The notes below the pieces were generated by a model. The model did no database searches. It was not told the DNA's origin and saw only the letters and a list, made by a program, of their open reading frames with translations. The position numbers and the translations under genes are program-made. Shown here piece by piece: positions 25,559-38,802 of a stretch of DNA of 64,000 nt (the first letter of the stretch is position 1; each line of letters starts with the position of its first letter). This DNA is from Octopus sinensis (Eukaryota). The stretch is taken from contig NC_042997.1 of the NCBI RefSeq assembly GCF_006345805.1, positions 131,998,001 through 132,062,000 on the forward strand. Reading direction: 5' to 3'.

Positions 25559-26126
25559 AACAGGGTTTTGTATAACAGGCAAGTGTTATATAAGCATGCA
25601 GGGTTGAGTTCAAATCTAGTGAAAGGATAGAGCAGACGACACAGATATACTTCTGTCAGAGATATTCAGAACAACCCCTCACGACTAGCTAGCTCTGTTT
25701 AGAAACAGTCAAGTAATCAAACTCAACTTATCACATTTGCAGGAGACAGATGAGCTATCGATCAACTGACTCATGACACTGGTTACCAATACTATGGCTG
25801 GGAGGAAGAGGAGGAGAATCCTGAGGCCAACAGATGTAGCAGTGTTTCTTGGCAACAAACACGGCATCAAAAGTTAATAAGAAACTGCATCAAACCATAA
25901 ATAAACATCGACATATATTAATATTCCTGTCCAGAAAATTAGATTTAGATACGTGCTACATTTTTAATTAGAAGAGTTGTTATGTACAAGACATTTAATG
26001 AAGTAGTTTACATGTCTTAAAGGGAAAGAAAATAAGAAAAAAGGTTAATAAGCTGTATAACTAACATGCAAAGGTAGGAACAGAGGATCTATCATTACTA
26101 CTAGTGAAAATAGTATCATCCACATT

Positions 26127-26360
26127 CATCATCATCATCATCATTTAACGTCTGCTTTCCATGCTAGCATGGGTTGGAGGGTTCGACTGGGGTCTGGGAA
26201 GCCAGGAGGCTGCACCAAGCCCAGTCTGATCTGGCAGTGTTTCTACAGCTGGATGCCCTTCCTAACGCCAACCACTCCGTGAGTGTAGTGGATGCTTTTT
26301 ACGTGCCAGGCGAGGCTGGCAATGGCCACGATCAGTTGCTGCTTTTTACGTGCCAACCGG
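26127..26360 (-). mobile_element. RTE tail fragment
   Basis: Same motifs. Confidence 0.85.
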
Positions 26361-27382
26361 CACATTGTCATAATTTATTTAATGGCCATTTTCCATGCTG
26401 GCATGGGTTGGATAGTTTGACAGGTCCTAATAAGTCGTGGGATTGCAATGAACTCCAAAGTCAGCTGTAGCATGACTTCTATGGCTGGATGCCCTTTCCA
26501 ATGCCAATGGCTTTAGCTGAAGGGCTAAGCAGACTTGGACAAAATTTGAATTTAGAACCAACAATTTCATTTTCACTATTTTGCATTTCTCTTTGTGACT
26601 ATTAAAGAAAGATTCTATAACGAGCCAACAAGTGAACCTTTGCACAGTCCCTCAACTTGCTAGAAATAACAACCAATTCTCTATCATATTACACAACTGC
26701 TTTTAAATAAGAACAGATACATTGGACAAAGTAGCCATAGTTATATGAAAAGACGGGTATTCAGAGATAATAGCTTGACCAGGGGATAAACAACAACACA
26801 ATAATAAAAATGAAATAAACTCTACCTGGTCAAAATTTAACCAAAGTTTCTACTGAATTAAGAAAAATGAGCCTGGTGTCGCCTTCTGGCTCGCCAGCTC
26901 TCAGTCAAACTGTCCAACCCATGCCAGCATGGAAAGCAGATGTTAAACGATGACAATGATGATGACGAGATCAAAAATACAGCATTATCAGATGAAATTC
27001 CCTAGATTACTGACATCATCCATTGGTACAAGACCATGATTCTACAGATTAAGAATATAGCTGGTTGAATCAACCTCAACCCTAGTACATTACTGATGCT
27101 TACTGTCCTAGGAAAGATGAGCGATAAAGTCAACTCCAGTAAGATTTGAACATAGAACACAAAGAGATGCCATGAAATACAACAAAGGATTTTGGCAAGA
27201 ATGTACCCTTATATAGGAGTTATGTTAGATGTAGGTGTGATTGCATGGTACAAAGTTTGCTTCTCAACCACACAGTTCTGAGTTCAGTTCCACACCATGG
27301 CACATTGGGCTAGTGTCTACTATAGCCCTGGGTCAACCAAAGTCTTGTTAGTGGATATAATGGATGGAAACTGAAAGTTTGT

Positions 27383-27421
<39 letters not shown>

Positions 27422-27454
27422 TATGAATAATATATAAATATATGTATATGTCAA

Positions 27455-27962
27455 AATCAAAATCAAATCAAAACAAATCAAAATAGATGAACATCTTGTG
27501 AAGACCTGTTGAGGCAAGTGAAAATCAAAATCAAATCAAATCAAAATAGATGAACATCAATGGAATTTGTATCTTTGTGGTACCAGTGCCGGTGGCATAC
27601 AAGAAAACCATCCGAACGTGGCCGTAGCCAGTACCGCATCGACTGGCCTCCGTGCTGTGGGCACGTAACAAACACCATCCGATTGTGGCCGTTCGCCAGC
27701 CTCATCTGGCACCTGTGTCGGTGGCACATAAAAACACCATCCGAGCGTGGCCGTCTGCCAGCCTCGTCTGCCACTGTGTCGGTGGCACATAAAATCACCC
27801 ACTACACTCTCGGAGTGGTTGGCGTTAGGAAGGGCATCCAGCTGTAGAAACACTGCCAGATCTGACTGGCCTGGTGCAGCCTTCGGACTCCTCAGACCCC
27901 AGTTGAACCGTCCAACCCATGCTAGCATGGAAAGCGGACGTATGATGATGATGATGATGATG
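27455..27962 (+). mobile_element. RTE 3'UTR fragment with ~4 VNTR units and a local AAAATC duplication
   Basis: Matches 34992-35512 and 51300-51761. Confidence 0.85.
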
Positions 27963-28149
27963 ATACATACATACATATATGTACATACCTACATCTATAT
28001 GGTATATATACATGCATATATGGGTACAGGACATCAAAAAAATGTTGAACACAATGAGAAAACGAAAACATAAAAACAAAAACAAGGAAACAAACTATTT
28101 TTCGAAAAAACAGAGTACAAGACATACAACACAAGGAATATATATATAT

Positions 28150-28472
28150 TGAGTGCTGGGCCTCATGGAGGAAAAGTGGTTGAGTTCCTTTCGAATGCTG
28201 GGCCTCACAGAGGCAATGACTGAGACCTTTGATATTATGTCATGCTTGAAAAGAAGATCCATCAGGCTGAGCAAAATCACTGTCATAGCAGATACCAGTG
28301 TCACACAAATGGCACCCATTCTAGTGGCACATAAAAGCACCCAGTACACTCTCGGAGTGGCTGGCATTAGGAAGGGCATCCGGTTGTAGAAAACCACGCC
28401 ACTGGAGACTGGTGTGACTTTCCAGCTTACCAGCCCTACCAGCATGGACAATGGACATTAAATGATGATGAT
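28150..28472 (+). mobile_element. Second RTE subfamily 3' end (ORF end + UTR)
   Basis: GGGCCTCACAGAGGCAATGAC..GAGACCTTTG matches ~51160-51200; similar copy at 55815-56100. Confidence 0.75.
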
Positions 28473-28621
28473 ATATACACACATACATATATGCCAGCAT
28501 GGAAAACGGACATTACAGGATAATGATGATACCTGCTGCTTAAAATAAAGCATATTACTCTACCACTGGTATTTGAGTACTCTTTTTTCCACCTTGTTTC
28601 ACATTTATGTGTTTACTCCGG

Positions 28622-28658
<37 letters not shown>

Positions 28659-29227
28659 CATACATATCGTGTGTGTGTGTGTGTGTGTGTGTTTGTTACT
28701 GTCTCCTTGTCTTCACATCACGTGACAGGGGTAAACAAGCGCTGTTGTCATACAAATGATGGATGCTAAAACAATGATAAGCTATACATACAACTGAAAC
28801 CTATGTAAACATTCAAGCGAAACCCTGCCAGCCCTTCCCTTCACTCCAAGTAACTTATACATCACACCACCTCTTACATCAACTATTTCTCTGAAGGGAT
28901 GAAATGAGAAATGTAAGAAAGAGGAGTGGCTTTTTTCTGCGATAGTTGCATATTGTTGCTGAGCAATATTTACCCCATGCAAGGGGATATCAATGTACAC
29001 TGGCTGATCAACAAAGGAGCTTTGACATGGTTACTGAACCTGCTAAAAATAGCAGCCATCTCTTCCTTAAATTACCCGCCCCACCACCTTAAATAAAGAG
29101 CATATGAGATGTGTGAGAGGCTATATTTGGGCAGTCTAACCATATAACAGGTAGAATATTTGGGCTTGATATGGTCAGTTTCAATGCTAAAGGGTTAAAA
29201 AATGCTAAAAACATTAAAGCGATACAT

Positions 29228-29561
29228 TCTCTTTTACTCTTTTACTTGCTTCAGTCATTTGACTGCGGCCATGCTGGAGCACTGCCTTTAGTCAAGCAAA
29301 TCGACTCCAGGACTTATTCTTTGTAAGCCTAGTACTTATTCAATCGGTTGTTGAGTGATGTTGGGACACACACACACACACACACATATATACATATATA
29401 CGATGGGCTTCTTTCAGTTTCCGTCTACCAAATCCACTCACAAGGCTTTGGTCAGCCCGAGGCTATAGAAGACACTTGCCCAAAGTGCAACGCAGTGGGA
29501 CTGAACCCGGAACCATGTGGTTTGTAAGCTAGCTACTTACCACATAGCTACTCCTGCGCCT
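29228..29561 (-). mobile_element. SINE family A (internal deletion)
   Basis: Homology. Confidence 0.85.
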
Positions 29562-30349
29562 ATAATACAGGATGTTCATGGCTGGAGTGCCCCTAATGAT
29601 AGGTTTGCTCAACTGGAGCTGATATGGAGATAAACAGCAGCACAAGTGACAAAAAGGAGAGTAAAATATTAGTTTTGAATCTAAATGATCCCAACTGTGG
29701 GTTCATTGAATAAGTAACTGTTATAACCAGACAGTCCCAAGATCAGTGGTCTTCAACTGGGGCGTTGTGGACGGTAGGTGAGTGTGGTAGGTGTATCACA
29801 AAGTTACACTTAGAAGTATAACTAGAGAGCAAAATATTGTCACAATTTGTTTGGTGCGTACTTTTGTAAAACTACTTAGTTCGACTCCCTTGTGGATCAC
29901 ATGATTATTGACAGAATTACACAGAGGAAATATCTTTTTCTCAACAGGAAATTTAAAATAAGAGATTTCTCAGCTGTTATCTCATCAACAGGCTCATGAC
30001 CAAACAAGGCCCATTTACACATATCATATTGGCAACTCCAACCCACTTTTCAAAGAATTTACTAGGGAGGTGGAGGGTAGCACTTCACTTTCCTTTCTAT
30101 ATGAAATTTGGGAAACTGATAAGGGCTTGGTGGAAAAGGAAAGTGTTAATGTTCAGCTTTTTTTTTCTTTTTTTTTTTTTTCTTTTTTTCAAACTTGTGC
30201 ACCTCATGTCTGTTTTCACCAAAATCACCAGACAGAAAAATTGCTGTTCTTGGTCAAAAGAAGGCAGCAGGCAAATTTTATGGTGAAATCATTAGATAGA
30301 CAGATTCATTCTGCCTACAACATCAGCTGTTTGACAAAACCCCACTAAT

Positions 30350-31330
30350 CAAATACTGTCTGAGTACATGCAGGCAGTACAGTGTCATTGTTGTGAGTGC
30401 ATCTTGGATAGACTTGAGTGACAGCACTTCCATGCCCAAAAAGTTTATCTTGAGCCTGCAAGGCACTCACTCACTCAGTAGCATTACCAAGCTAGGAAAG
30501 TTATCTATAGTTCAGGAGCTGAAATTTCTCCAGTACAGACCAGTTACTTATTTCTCATCAATGTCACCAGCATCGCCTTACTGGCACTTGTGCCCCGTGC
30601 TAGTAGGGTGCTAAGAGCACCATCCAAGCATGATCGTTGCCAGAGCGGCTAACTGGCTTCCGTGCCGGTGGCATGTAAAAGGCACCATTCAAGCATGATC
30701 ATTACCAGCATTGCCTTACTGGCACCTGTGGCATATGTAAAAAGATTTCAGCGAGTACTGCCTGATTGGCCCCCGTGCCAGTGGCACGTAAAAACAACCA
30801 CTACACTCTAGGAGTGGTTGGCATTAGGAAGGGCATCCAGCTGTAGAAACTCTGCCAGATCAAGATTGGAGCCTGGTGCAGCCATCTGGTTCACCAGCCC
30901 TCAGTCAAGTCGTCCAACCCATGCTAGCATAGAAAGCAGACATTAAACGATGATGATGATGTCTAGTGTTTCCCCTAGAATATCATCATATATACTGACA
31001 TGGCTCTTTCAGAATGGGATCCTTCTTAGCAACTCTGTAATTTCAGTGGTTCAACAGTTGATGCATACAGAAGGAATGAGGGAGGACACTCTTGATGGAA
31101 TAGAGCACATGACATTAAGCAAATTCCATTGTAGATTATTGAAGTAATCCATTCTCCGAAGATGAGGTCAAAGTCTGTTGCTTTAAGGCCAGTTGCCAAG
31201 TAATGTTGGTTACCCCTATTGAACGCTTCTGGTTGATCCAAGTTGAGTTCCACTGAAGCCAGGCTAACTATTTATGATATATTGCATGAGATGGGGTTTG
31301 CTGAGGATAGACCTGGCCAAGATTGAACAT
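30350..31330 (-). mobile_element. Decayed Tx1/L1-clade LINE remnant interrupted by an RTE tail
   Basis: LNLDQPEAFNRGNQHYL..HQECPPSFLLY..VEPL (LDQSKAFDRV..RQGCPLSPLLY..LEPL-like) at 31026-31253; DKLFGHGSAV..PRC..DTVL zinc-knuckle-like region at ~30360-30450. Confidence 0.65.
30566..30961 (+). mobile_element. RTE tail fragment with VNTR
   Basis: Same motifs. Confidence 0.85.
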
Positions 31331-32460
31331 GAATTAGGATTTCTTTGATTTGCCACAAGGGCAGCATATGAGGGAACTAACATGGGGAAAAAATACAAGA
31401 ATGGTGGGAGTTTATACAGAGTTGATTATGAAAACTCAGGCAATTGGTTAGGATCAATCAAGGAACCCTACAGATCCAGGATTGCTTTGACCAACCAAAT
31501 GCCTCCGTCCTCCAGCCTCCAGGCACATGCTCATTCAGTGGACCATATTCACAATATTTACCCACTTTTCGGCATATTTACTGTATTCTCTCTGCAAATG
31601 GTACTTAATGAGGCTTTGGCTGAAGTGGGCAGTGCTTACCCCTTGTTCTTTTAATCTTGTCCACTATATCTCTTTTACAACAGCCAACAAACAGAGGAAA
31701 ACGGCTTGCCCTTATCAACATTATCACAATCGGAATTTACAAATAATGTTGGCAAGAATAAAAGTGATTATGATGGTACTAACTTTTTTCATCTATTTTG
31801 CTGAAACTGATGATATAAAAATGTGAAAATATTAAATTGGAGACTGCTAATGATATTTTATCTTGTACATTAAAATGGAATTTTAATAACTGGAGTGATT
31901 ATTTTGTTGTCAAAAGTCTATTTAAATAATTGAAAAAGAAGAGAACAGTTGAAGATGATATCTTGTATAATAGAAAATTTATTGCTCTATCAACCTGTTT
32001 GAGAACATTGATGATAAAAGCTGTACACTATAGCAACAAGGTATTGATTGAAATTAGAAATACGGTGCATACTGAGAAGATGGAACAATGTATGATGTCT
32101 AACATGTGCTAGAATAAAACCAGAATTACCACACACCTAAAGAAATTAAAGGGTGGCAACATGTGCACGTTCTTAAAACTTGTTGGTGCATATTCTGGTG
32201 ACTAGAAGTAATATAAGTCATGAATAAAGGAGTTGAAATAGTGAAGCATGAAACCTGTTCTGCTCTGGCCCTTTTCTCATACTCTACCCCTCTCTATTCT
32301 ACATTTTCTTGTATAAAGTTTCCCCCTCGGGGCTCATAGTTTTGCAAACCGCATCTCAAAAATCACTCAGTTCATGCTGTAAAGTGGTTGGTATTAAGAA
32401 AGGCATCTCAATCTCACATAGAAATCATCCCACAGCAGACACTGGAGCATGATTTTTTTT

Positions 32461-32737
32461 TTTTTTTGTTCCTTCTCGAGCCATGCCTGGCTCATAAGGG
32501 CCAGTTTCCTGGTTTCCTTGGCATATAGGTTCCCCACCTGGACAGGATGCCGGTCCGTTGCAGGTGAGGAAAGAGAGAGAGAAAGTTGTGGCGAAAGAGT
32601 CAGCAGAAGTTCACCATTAGCTGCGTGGAGCTTAGGCGTTTCGCTCATAAACACACACATCGCCCGGTCTGAAATTCAAACCCGCAATCCCTCGACCGAA
32701 AGTCCGCTGCTCTAACCACTAGGCCATGTGCCGCCAC
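32461..32737 (-). mobile_element. tRNA-derived SINE head/body E + V-like tail
   Basis: Head GTGGCGGCACATGGCCTAGTGGTTAGAGCAGCGG (A box) with B-box-like GGGTTTGAATTTC; tail CCTGCAACGGACCGGCATCCTGTCCAGG. Confidence 0.8.
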
Positions 32738-32866
32738 ACTGGAGCATGATGCAGTCCTTAGGCCCATCAGATCCTTTCAAACTGTCAAACTTATACCAGC
32801 ATGGAACATGGTTATTAAATGATGATGATCTGGGTTTAACATAGGCTTTGAATTCCATAACAACAC

Positions 32867-33100
32867 ATGGATGGTTTAAAAAAGATCAAATATGATGCAT
32901 CACATCATCCAAAGACAAATGGAATAGCTGAAAGAATGGTCACAAGCAACTCAACGGTTTTAAAACCACATTCACCAAGTAAAGATTCTGTTGATGCATT
33001 TTTGAACCATTGGACAATCTTTTACTCAGAAAGACTTAGTTTATCTACGTTGATGGGCAAACAAATATAATCTTTGGTAACAATGTCTTACGAAACTGCA
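32867..33100 (+). mobile_element. Gypsy-type LTR retrotransposon integrase relic
   Basis: HHPKTNGIAERMV resembles the YHPQSNGLAER(M)V integrase core motif; LMGKQI downstream; no LTRs seen. Confidence 0.55.
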
Positions 33101-34821
33101 GCACTAGCGTGGTGTTGATGCAAACAAAATGATGGACCATAAGCAAGATTCATATCCCAAGCAATAAGTAACATAGCTGTGATTCTTAAGGGTAACCATA
33201 GTATAACCAGCTCATGTAGATAACTAAATTTTAGCAGAAAGATTGATAGTGAACAAAATGCCAAATTAATTCCTGTCTTTGATATTCCAGACTCTATTAA
33301 TAAAACTTGTGATTTGACAACTGATATAGAATTAATATAACCAATGGTATTCGATGTGATTCTCAAATAATAAATTACATCAATGTATTTCAAGGAGATA
33401 TGTTATATTAAAATTGTTGTAGTTGCATATGCATTTTCCATGCTGATTAAAACTAATTGAGGCAATTACCACTTCAGAGTGAGTACTTGGTTACGTGACT
33501 ACAAGTTTACTTAAATGAACACACACATAACAACATAACACAACAAAAACTACATGGCTAACTTGGTTTTTTGAAAATTTACAACTGTAAGGACCACATT
33601 AATAGCTGTATACTTTTATTATAAAGACACTAGAGATTTTGCTGCTATCTTTAGTAAGTCAAGCAACCAAATAGAAGTTTCTTTATTGGAAAATTCTACT
33701 CAATATTATTTAGAACCAGGTCAACCATAATTGTCTTTTCTTTTCCAAGCACAACCCAGCAATGACAATATTATTTAATACATCTTTCTTTACAGATAGT
33801 AGAGTGGGATTTGAGGAAGAATTGGCTGCTATTTCTAGCAAGTCAAGTAACTGTGTGGTGGATCTTTCATCAGCTCAGGTGCAGGCATGGCCTCAGGATG
33901 ACCAATGCATTCAGAGTGAACTCAATAGATAGAAGCCTATCGTGTGAGTATGTGTGTGCTAGTTTCTGGTCACTCGACAACTGGTTTTGGCTCGCTTACA
34001 TCCTTGTAACTTTAGCGATTCATCAAAGAGACCAATAGAATTGGGACCAATTTGACTGATTAAAAGAGACCTTCTAAGTGGTAACCTGGCCTGACTGCAG
34101 TCCAATGACTAAAACAAGTAAGAGAATAAAGGAACAGGCATCAAATTGAAACGTGCCTTTGTTACAAAGATGTGGTGCTCTTAAAACACAATACGTATTT
34201 GAAAACAGTCGGCTGGTTGTTGACATGATAAATGGATTTCAAAAACAACAACAAAACATTATTATGCGGCAATAAGTATAGGAATAGGCAACAGGAAATA
34301 TTTTAAACGCAGATAGAATCAGATCCTAGAGTTCCTGTCAGACAAACTACACGCACTTGGAGCTATGTGGCCTTTTCAAAGTTAAAAAAACTAAAAACAG
34401 TTAAGAGATAATACACATAAGAACAGTCATAAATTATAGTCTATTTTTATGTAAGATCATATTAAACCAACTTCCAGAAGATCTAAAATAGATATTTTCC
34501 CCCCTCCTTTTTTTCTCACAGTTATTTGTCCGTTTATTTATGACATCCATACCGTATTCAAGCTAGTGAGGAGTGGGGTTGTCTATGAAGTTGTCCGACC
34601 TGATGCAGTAACAGCAAATCTCTATCTGATGGCACTATTTTTTTTTTTTTTGGTAAATGTAATCCAAGATAAACTTTCTAAACTGAAAACAGAATTTTTT
34701 TCACAGTTGGATATTATTATTTTTTTTTTTTACTGATTTAGCCAAAGGTGAAACAGCTACATCCATGACTTAGATTTATTTATTTATTTTCCAGACTTTC
34801 AGGACAATGAGAAGATGGAAG

Positions 34822-34942
34822 TTATCCACATGGTTCCAGGTTCAGTCCCACAGCATGGCACCTTGGGCAAGTGTCTTCTACTATAGCTTCAAGCCAACTA
34901 AAGCCCTGTGAGTAGATTTGGTAGAGGGAAATTGAAAGAAGT

Positions 34943-34950
<8 letters not shown>
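34822..34950 (+). mobile_element. SINE family A 5' half
   Basis: Head and CORE-like body ending at (TA)n. Confidence 0.75.
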
Positions 34951-34991
<41 letters not shown>

Positions 34992-34992
<1 letters not shown>

Positions 34993-35512
34993 AGGAGACC
35001 TGTTGAGTCAAGTACATGAACATGAACGTCGAAATAAATATCAATGGAAATAGTAGTTATGATGCCTGTGCTGGTGGCACATAAAAAGCACTATCCGAAC
35101 GTGGCCGATGCCAGCACCGCCCCGACTGGCTTCTGTGCCGGTGGCACATAAAAAGCACCATCCGAACGTGGCCGATGCCAGTGCCGCCCCAACAGGCCCC
35201 TGTGCCTGTGGCACATAAAAAAGACCATCCGAACGTTGCCAGCGCCGCCTTGGCTGGCTTCCGTGCCGCTGGCACGTTAACCGATCGTGACCGATGCCGG
35301 ACCCCCCCCGGCACCTGTGCAGGTGGCACGTAAGAAGCACCCACTACACTCACGGAGTGGTTGGCGTTAGGAAGGGCATCCAGCCGTAGAAACTCTGCCA
35401 GATCAGACTGGAGCCTGGAGCAGCCCCTGGCTTCCCAGACCCCGGTCGAACCGTCCAACCAGTGCTAGCGCGGAAAACGGACGTTAAACGATGATGATGA
35501 TGATGATGATGA
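34992..35512 (-). mobile_element. RTE 3'UTR fragment with ~5 VNTR units (young, CpG-rich)
   Basis: Well-preserved units and (GAT)n tail. Confidence 0.9.
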
Positions 35513-35519
35513 TATATAC

Positions 35520-35715
35520 ACTCTCTTTCACTCTTTTACTTGTTTCAGTCATTTGACTGTGGCCATGCTGGAGCACCACCTTTAGTCAAGCAAATCGACC
35601 CCAGGACTTATTCTTTGTAAGCCTAGTACTTATTCTATCCGTCTCTTTCGCCGAACCACTAAGTTACGGGGACGTAAACACATCAGCATTGGTTGTCAAG
35701 GGGTGACAAACACAG

Positions 35716-35779
<64 letters not shown>

Positions 35780-36030
35780 CTGTGTGTGTGTGTATGTATA
35801 CATCTACATGTGTCTGTCTTTGTGTTGGTGTTTGTTCCCCATCACCACTTAACTAGTGTTGGTGAGTTCACGTCCCTGTAACTTAGTGGTTCAGCAAAAG
35901 AGACCAATAGAATAAGTACAAGGCTTTAAAAAAAAGTCCTGGGGTCAATTTGTTCAAGTAAAACCTTTCAAGGTGGTGCTCCAGCATGGCCACAATCAAA
36001 TGACTGAAACAAGTAAAGGAATAAAAGAAT
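35520..36030. repeat. Two SINE-A 3' modules in inverted orientation around a microsatellite
   Basis: 35520-35715 (-) and ~35810-36030 (+) are homologous; neither has a head. Confidence 0.8.
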
Positions 36031-36231
36031 ACTGGAAACCCGTCTTAAAAGGCACTCAGTATAACATGATCCAAGCGACATATTAAGTCCACAACACACA
36101 GAGAGTAAAGGTCCTTTGGGGGGACTTCCAGTTTCAATGTACCAAATCTCATTTAAAAGGATTTGGTCAACAAAGCACACACACACTATCATTGAAGAGA
36201 ACAGCTTCAAAAACCACTCATTACATAATCA

Positions 36232-36388
36232 AGCGTGGCTGTGTGATAAGTTTGCTTCCCAACCACATGGTTGGTACCTTGGTACTCACTCACTGGGTGG
36301 TACCTTGAGGAGGTGTCTTCTACTATAGACTCGGGTCGACCAAAGCCTTCTGAGTGGATTTAGTAGACAGAAACTGGAAGAAAGCCGT

Positions 36389-36451
<63 letters not shown>

Positions 36452-36632
36452 GTGTGAGGCAGTGTGTACCACCGTTTGACAACCGGTATTGGTGTGTTTA
36501 CGTCCCCGTTACTTAGCTGTTCGACGAAAGTGATTGACAGAATAAGTGGGGTCGATTCATTCGACTAAAATTCTTCAATGCGGTGCCCCAGCATGGCAAC
36601 AGTCTAATAACTGAAACCAGTAAAAGGCAAAA
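36232..36632 (+). mobile_element. SINE family A
   Basis: Homology with a long (TA)n core. Confidence 0.8.
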
Positions 36633-36964
36633 CAGAAAAAAAATTTTCAAGCAGGAAGCGCGAATAGCACATAACTACACAACAATGACAAGTTTAAACA
36701 TTCGCTACTGTCAACACGATGACATCATCACAGACGTTGGACGAAACTGACTTCACCCATACATATACACACACATATATACAATCCAACAGAAGATTTC
36801 GCTACATCAGTGTTTCGCTAATATTTACCAAAAAAAAAAAAAAAATACTAGAGCCCGTCATTCAGTTATATAACATTTCTAATACGCATTCTGAAGAATG
36901 CAACGTTGCCAAAACCCTGTAACACAAACAATGGTTTAAACAAGGCCCAATTTAACAATGTGCG

Positions 36965-36997
<33 letters not shown>

Positions 36998-36999
36998 AT

Positions 37000-37140
37000 T
37001 TATTTATTGCCCACAGGGGGCTAAACATAGAGGGGACAAACAAGGACAGACAAATGGTTAAGTCGATTACATCGACCCCAGTGCGTAACTGGTACTTATT
37101 TAATCGACCACGAAAGGATGTAAGGTAAAGTCGACCTTAT
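37000..37140 (-). mobile_element. SINE family B 3' half
   Basis: Homology. Confidence 0.8.
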
Positions 37141-37307
37141 TGGAGATGTACTTGCATAGCAAGTGACCTGATCTGAGATCGTATGGAAGGTGTTTATAAG
37201 CCATTCGTCTCCAAGCGACGAGAATATTTTGACAAATTAAATTTAAATGTTGAAGTGAATGTTGTGCGTTTCTTAAATGGCTTATAAACACCTTCCACGC
37301 TGCAATT

Positions 37308-37344
<37 letters not shown>

Positions 37345-38567
37345 AACAGCAACAATCGGTTCTCTTCATCTTAAGTATGAAACTAAATGCGTTCAAGGGA
37401 GATCCGGGCCGCATTCAAACGATGCACCGCACCTGAGTAAAAATATAATAGTACTTCGTTGGCGAGATAACCCCCCATTTTTTAATAGGGGTGAGATAAC
37501 CCAAAAGTATATATATATATCGTGCGTGATCAAATACACATATTTTGAGCTCGACTTCCCAAATTGTACAGCAGAACGCACGCACGCATGTGTGTGTACA
37601 CATCCACACAAAGGCGCTTTTCTGTAGCTTCCGTCGACAGAATTCCCTTCACAAAATATTTGTTAAACTGCCAAGGCTATGGATCGAACCTTAAACCAAG
37701 TGGAATCTGAAACGAATTCTTAACCATGCGGCTCTTGGTAGTTTTATAAGAACTAGTCAAATAATACCATCAATAGACCATAGCTTTTCTTTTTTTTTTT
37801 GTTTTTTTTTTTTGCTTGTTTGTTTCCTACAGATATGCGGTCTTGTATGTACCAAGGTTAAAAATCGAACCGACTCTACTGATGATCTTAGAAAAGGTCT
37901 CAAGTATCATCTCTCTCCTTTCCTCCCTCTTACTCCCCCCCTCTCTCTCTCTCTCTCTGGCATCTCATGTTTATGTCTACTCTGGGAACAACAATTACAG
38001 CAACTGCTATTTCAGTTCAAGTTAGAACCAATGTTATGGAATGAAAGGTTGGGTAGAGAGAGAGAGAGAGAGAGTGTGTGGTAGTGAGAGGTGGAGTTGA
38101 ATGATCGATGTTGTTTACAAACAGAGAAAGACATAATAAAAGAAAAGTAATTTATATGGTTGTTTGCCACTGTATCATGCATACTGCCATAGTATTTAAC
38201 AAGAACAATGAAAACTAATAGTGCTTCTCACAAAAACACCTTTGCATTAATAAAAAATGAAAAATAAAAAAAAAAACAATTCCACCACCACCTACTACAA
38301 TGAATAACGAATGAGTTTCTATGTGGTTACTCGACATGCAGTAAATAGCTGCCAAATCTCCTTCGAATCGCACAATCTTAACCGTTTGCCTGTCCAAATC
38401 ACTTTCATAGAATGTCCTAAACGTTCAATGCTTTGTTTTCGCGAAAAAAAGAAAAGAAAAAGGAATATGCATCGTATACGATTAAGGGACACCAGAGGAA
38501 TGTATAGAAAGAAGGATAACAGGATACACTAGCACATTAACCAGAGATATATGTCCAGTGTATCATA

Positions 38568-38802
38568 CTTAAGAAGGGCGGTCCCAGTGCGCGCACTCGC
38601 GTATCCGCGCTAGCTAGTCGTGACTAGTCGATCCTACAACGACTACCTAGCAAAGTAAATAAAACACAAAATAAATCATTTTTTTACACGAAGTAAATAA
38701 TTTTTTTAAAACAAAGTAAATAAAACACAAAAACACAAAGTAAGGATCGACTAGTCAAGACTAGCTTGCGCGAGTGCGCGCACCGGGACCACTCTTCTTA
38801 AG
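38568..38802. mobile_element. MITE with ~65-bp GC-rich TIRs
   Basis: CTTAAGAAGGGCGGTCCCAGTGCGCGCACTCGCG..CTAGTCG(T)GACTAGTCGATCCT is mirrored at the right end. Flanked by TA (Tc1/mariner-type), or by TTAA if the termini are drawn further in (Kolobok-type). Confidence 0.85.

Noticed and set aside
31690-32230. AT-rich stretch with coding-like triplets on plus
   Set aside because: Multiple stops and no recognisable motif; possibly very old transposon debris but cannot be assigned.
32660-32737. tRNA-like sequence (also 41480-41561 and 63311-63380)
   Set aside because: These are SINE heads with A/B boxes but no complete cloverleaf, and they continue into SINE bodies.
35060-35340. Regularly spaced repeats resembling a CRISPR array
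   Set aside because: Eukaryotic context; the spacers are themselves homologous, and the array is the RTE 3'UTR VNTR.
36870-36930. CTGAAGA..GCAACGTTGC..CAAAAC hammerhead-like string
   Set aside because: Core G12 is missing, stem II has no loop, and stem I does not pair.
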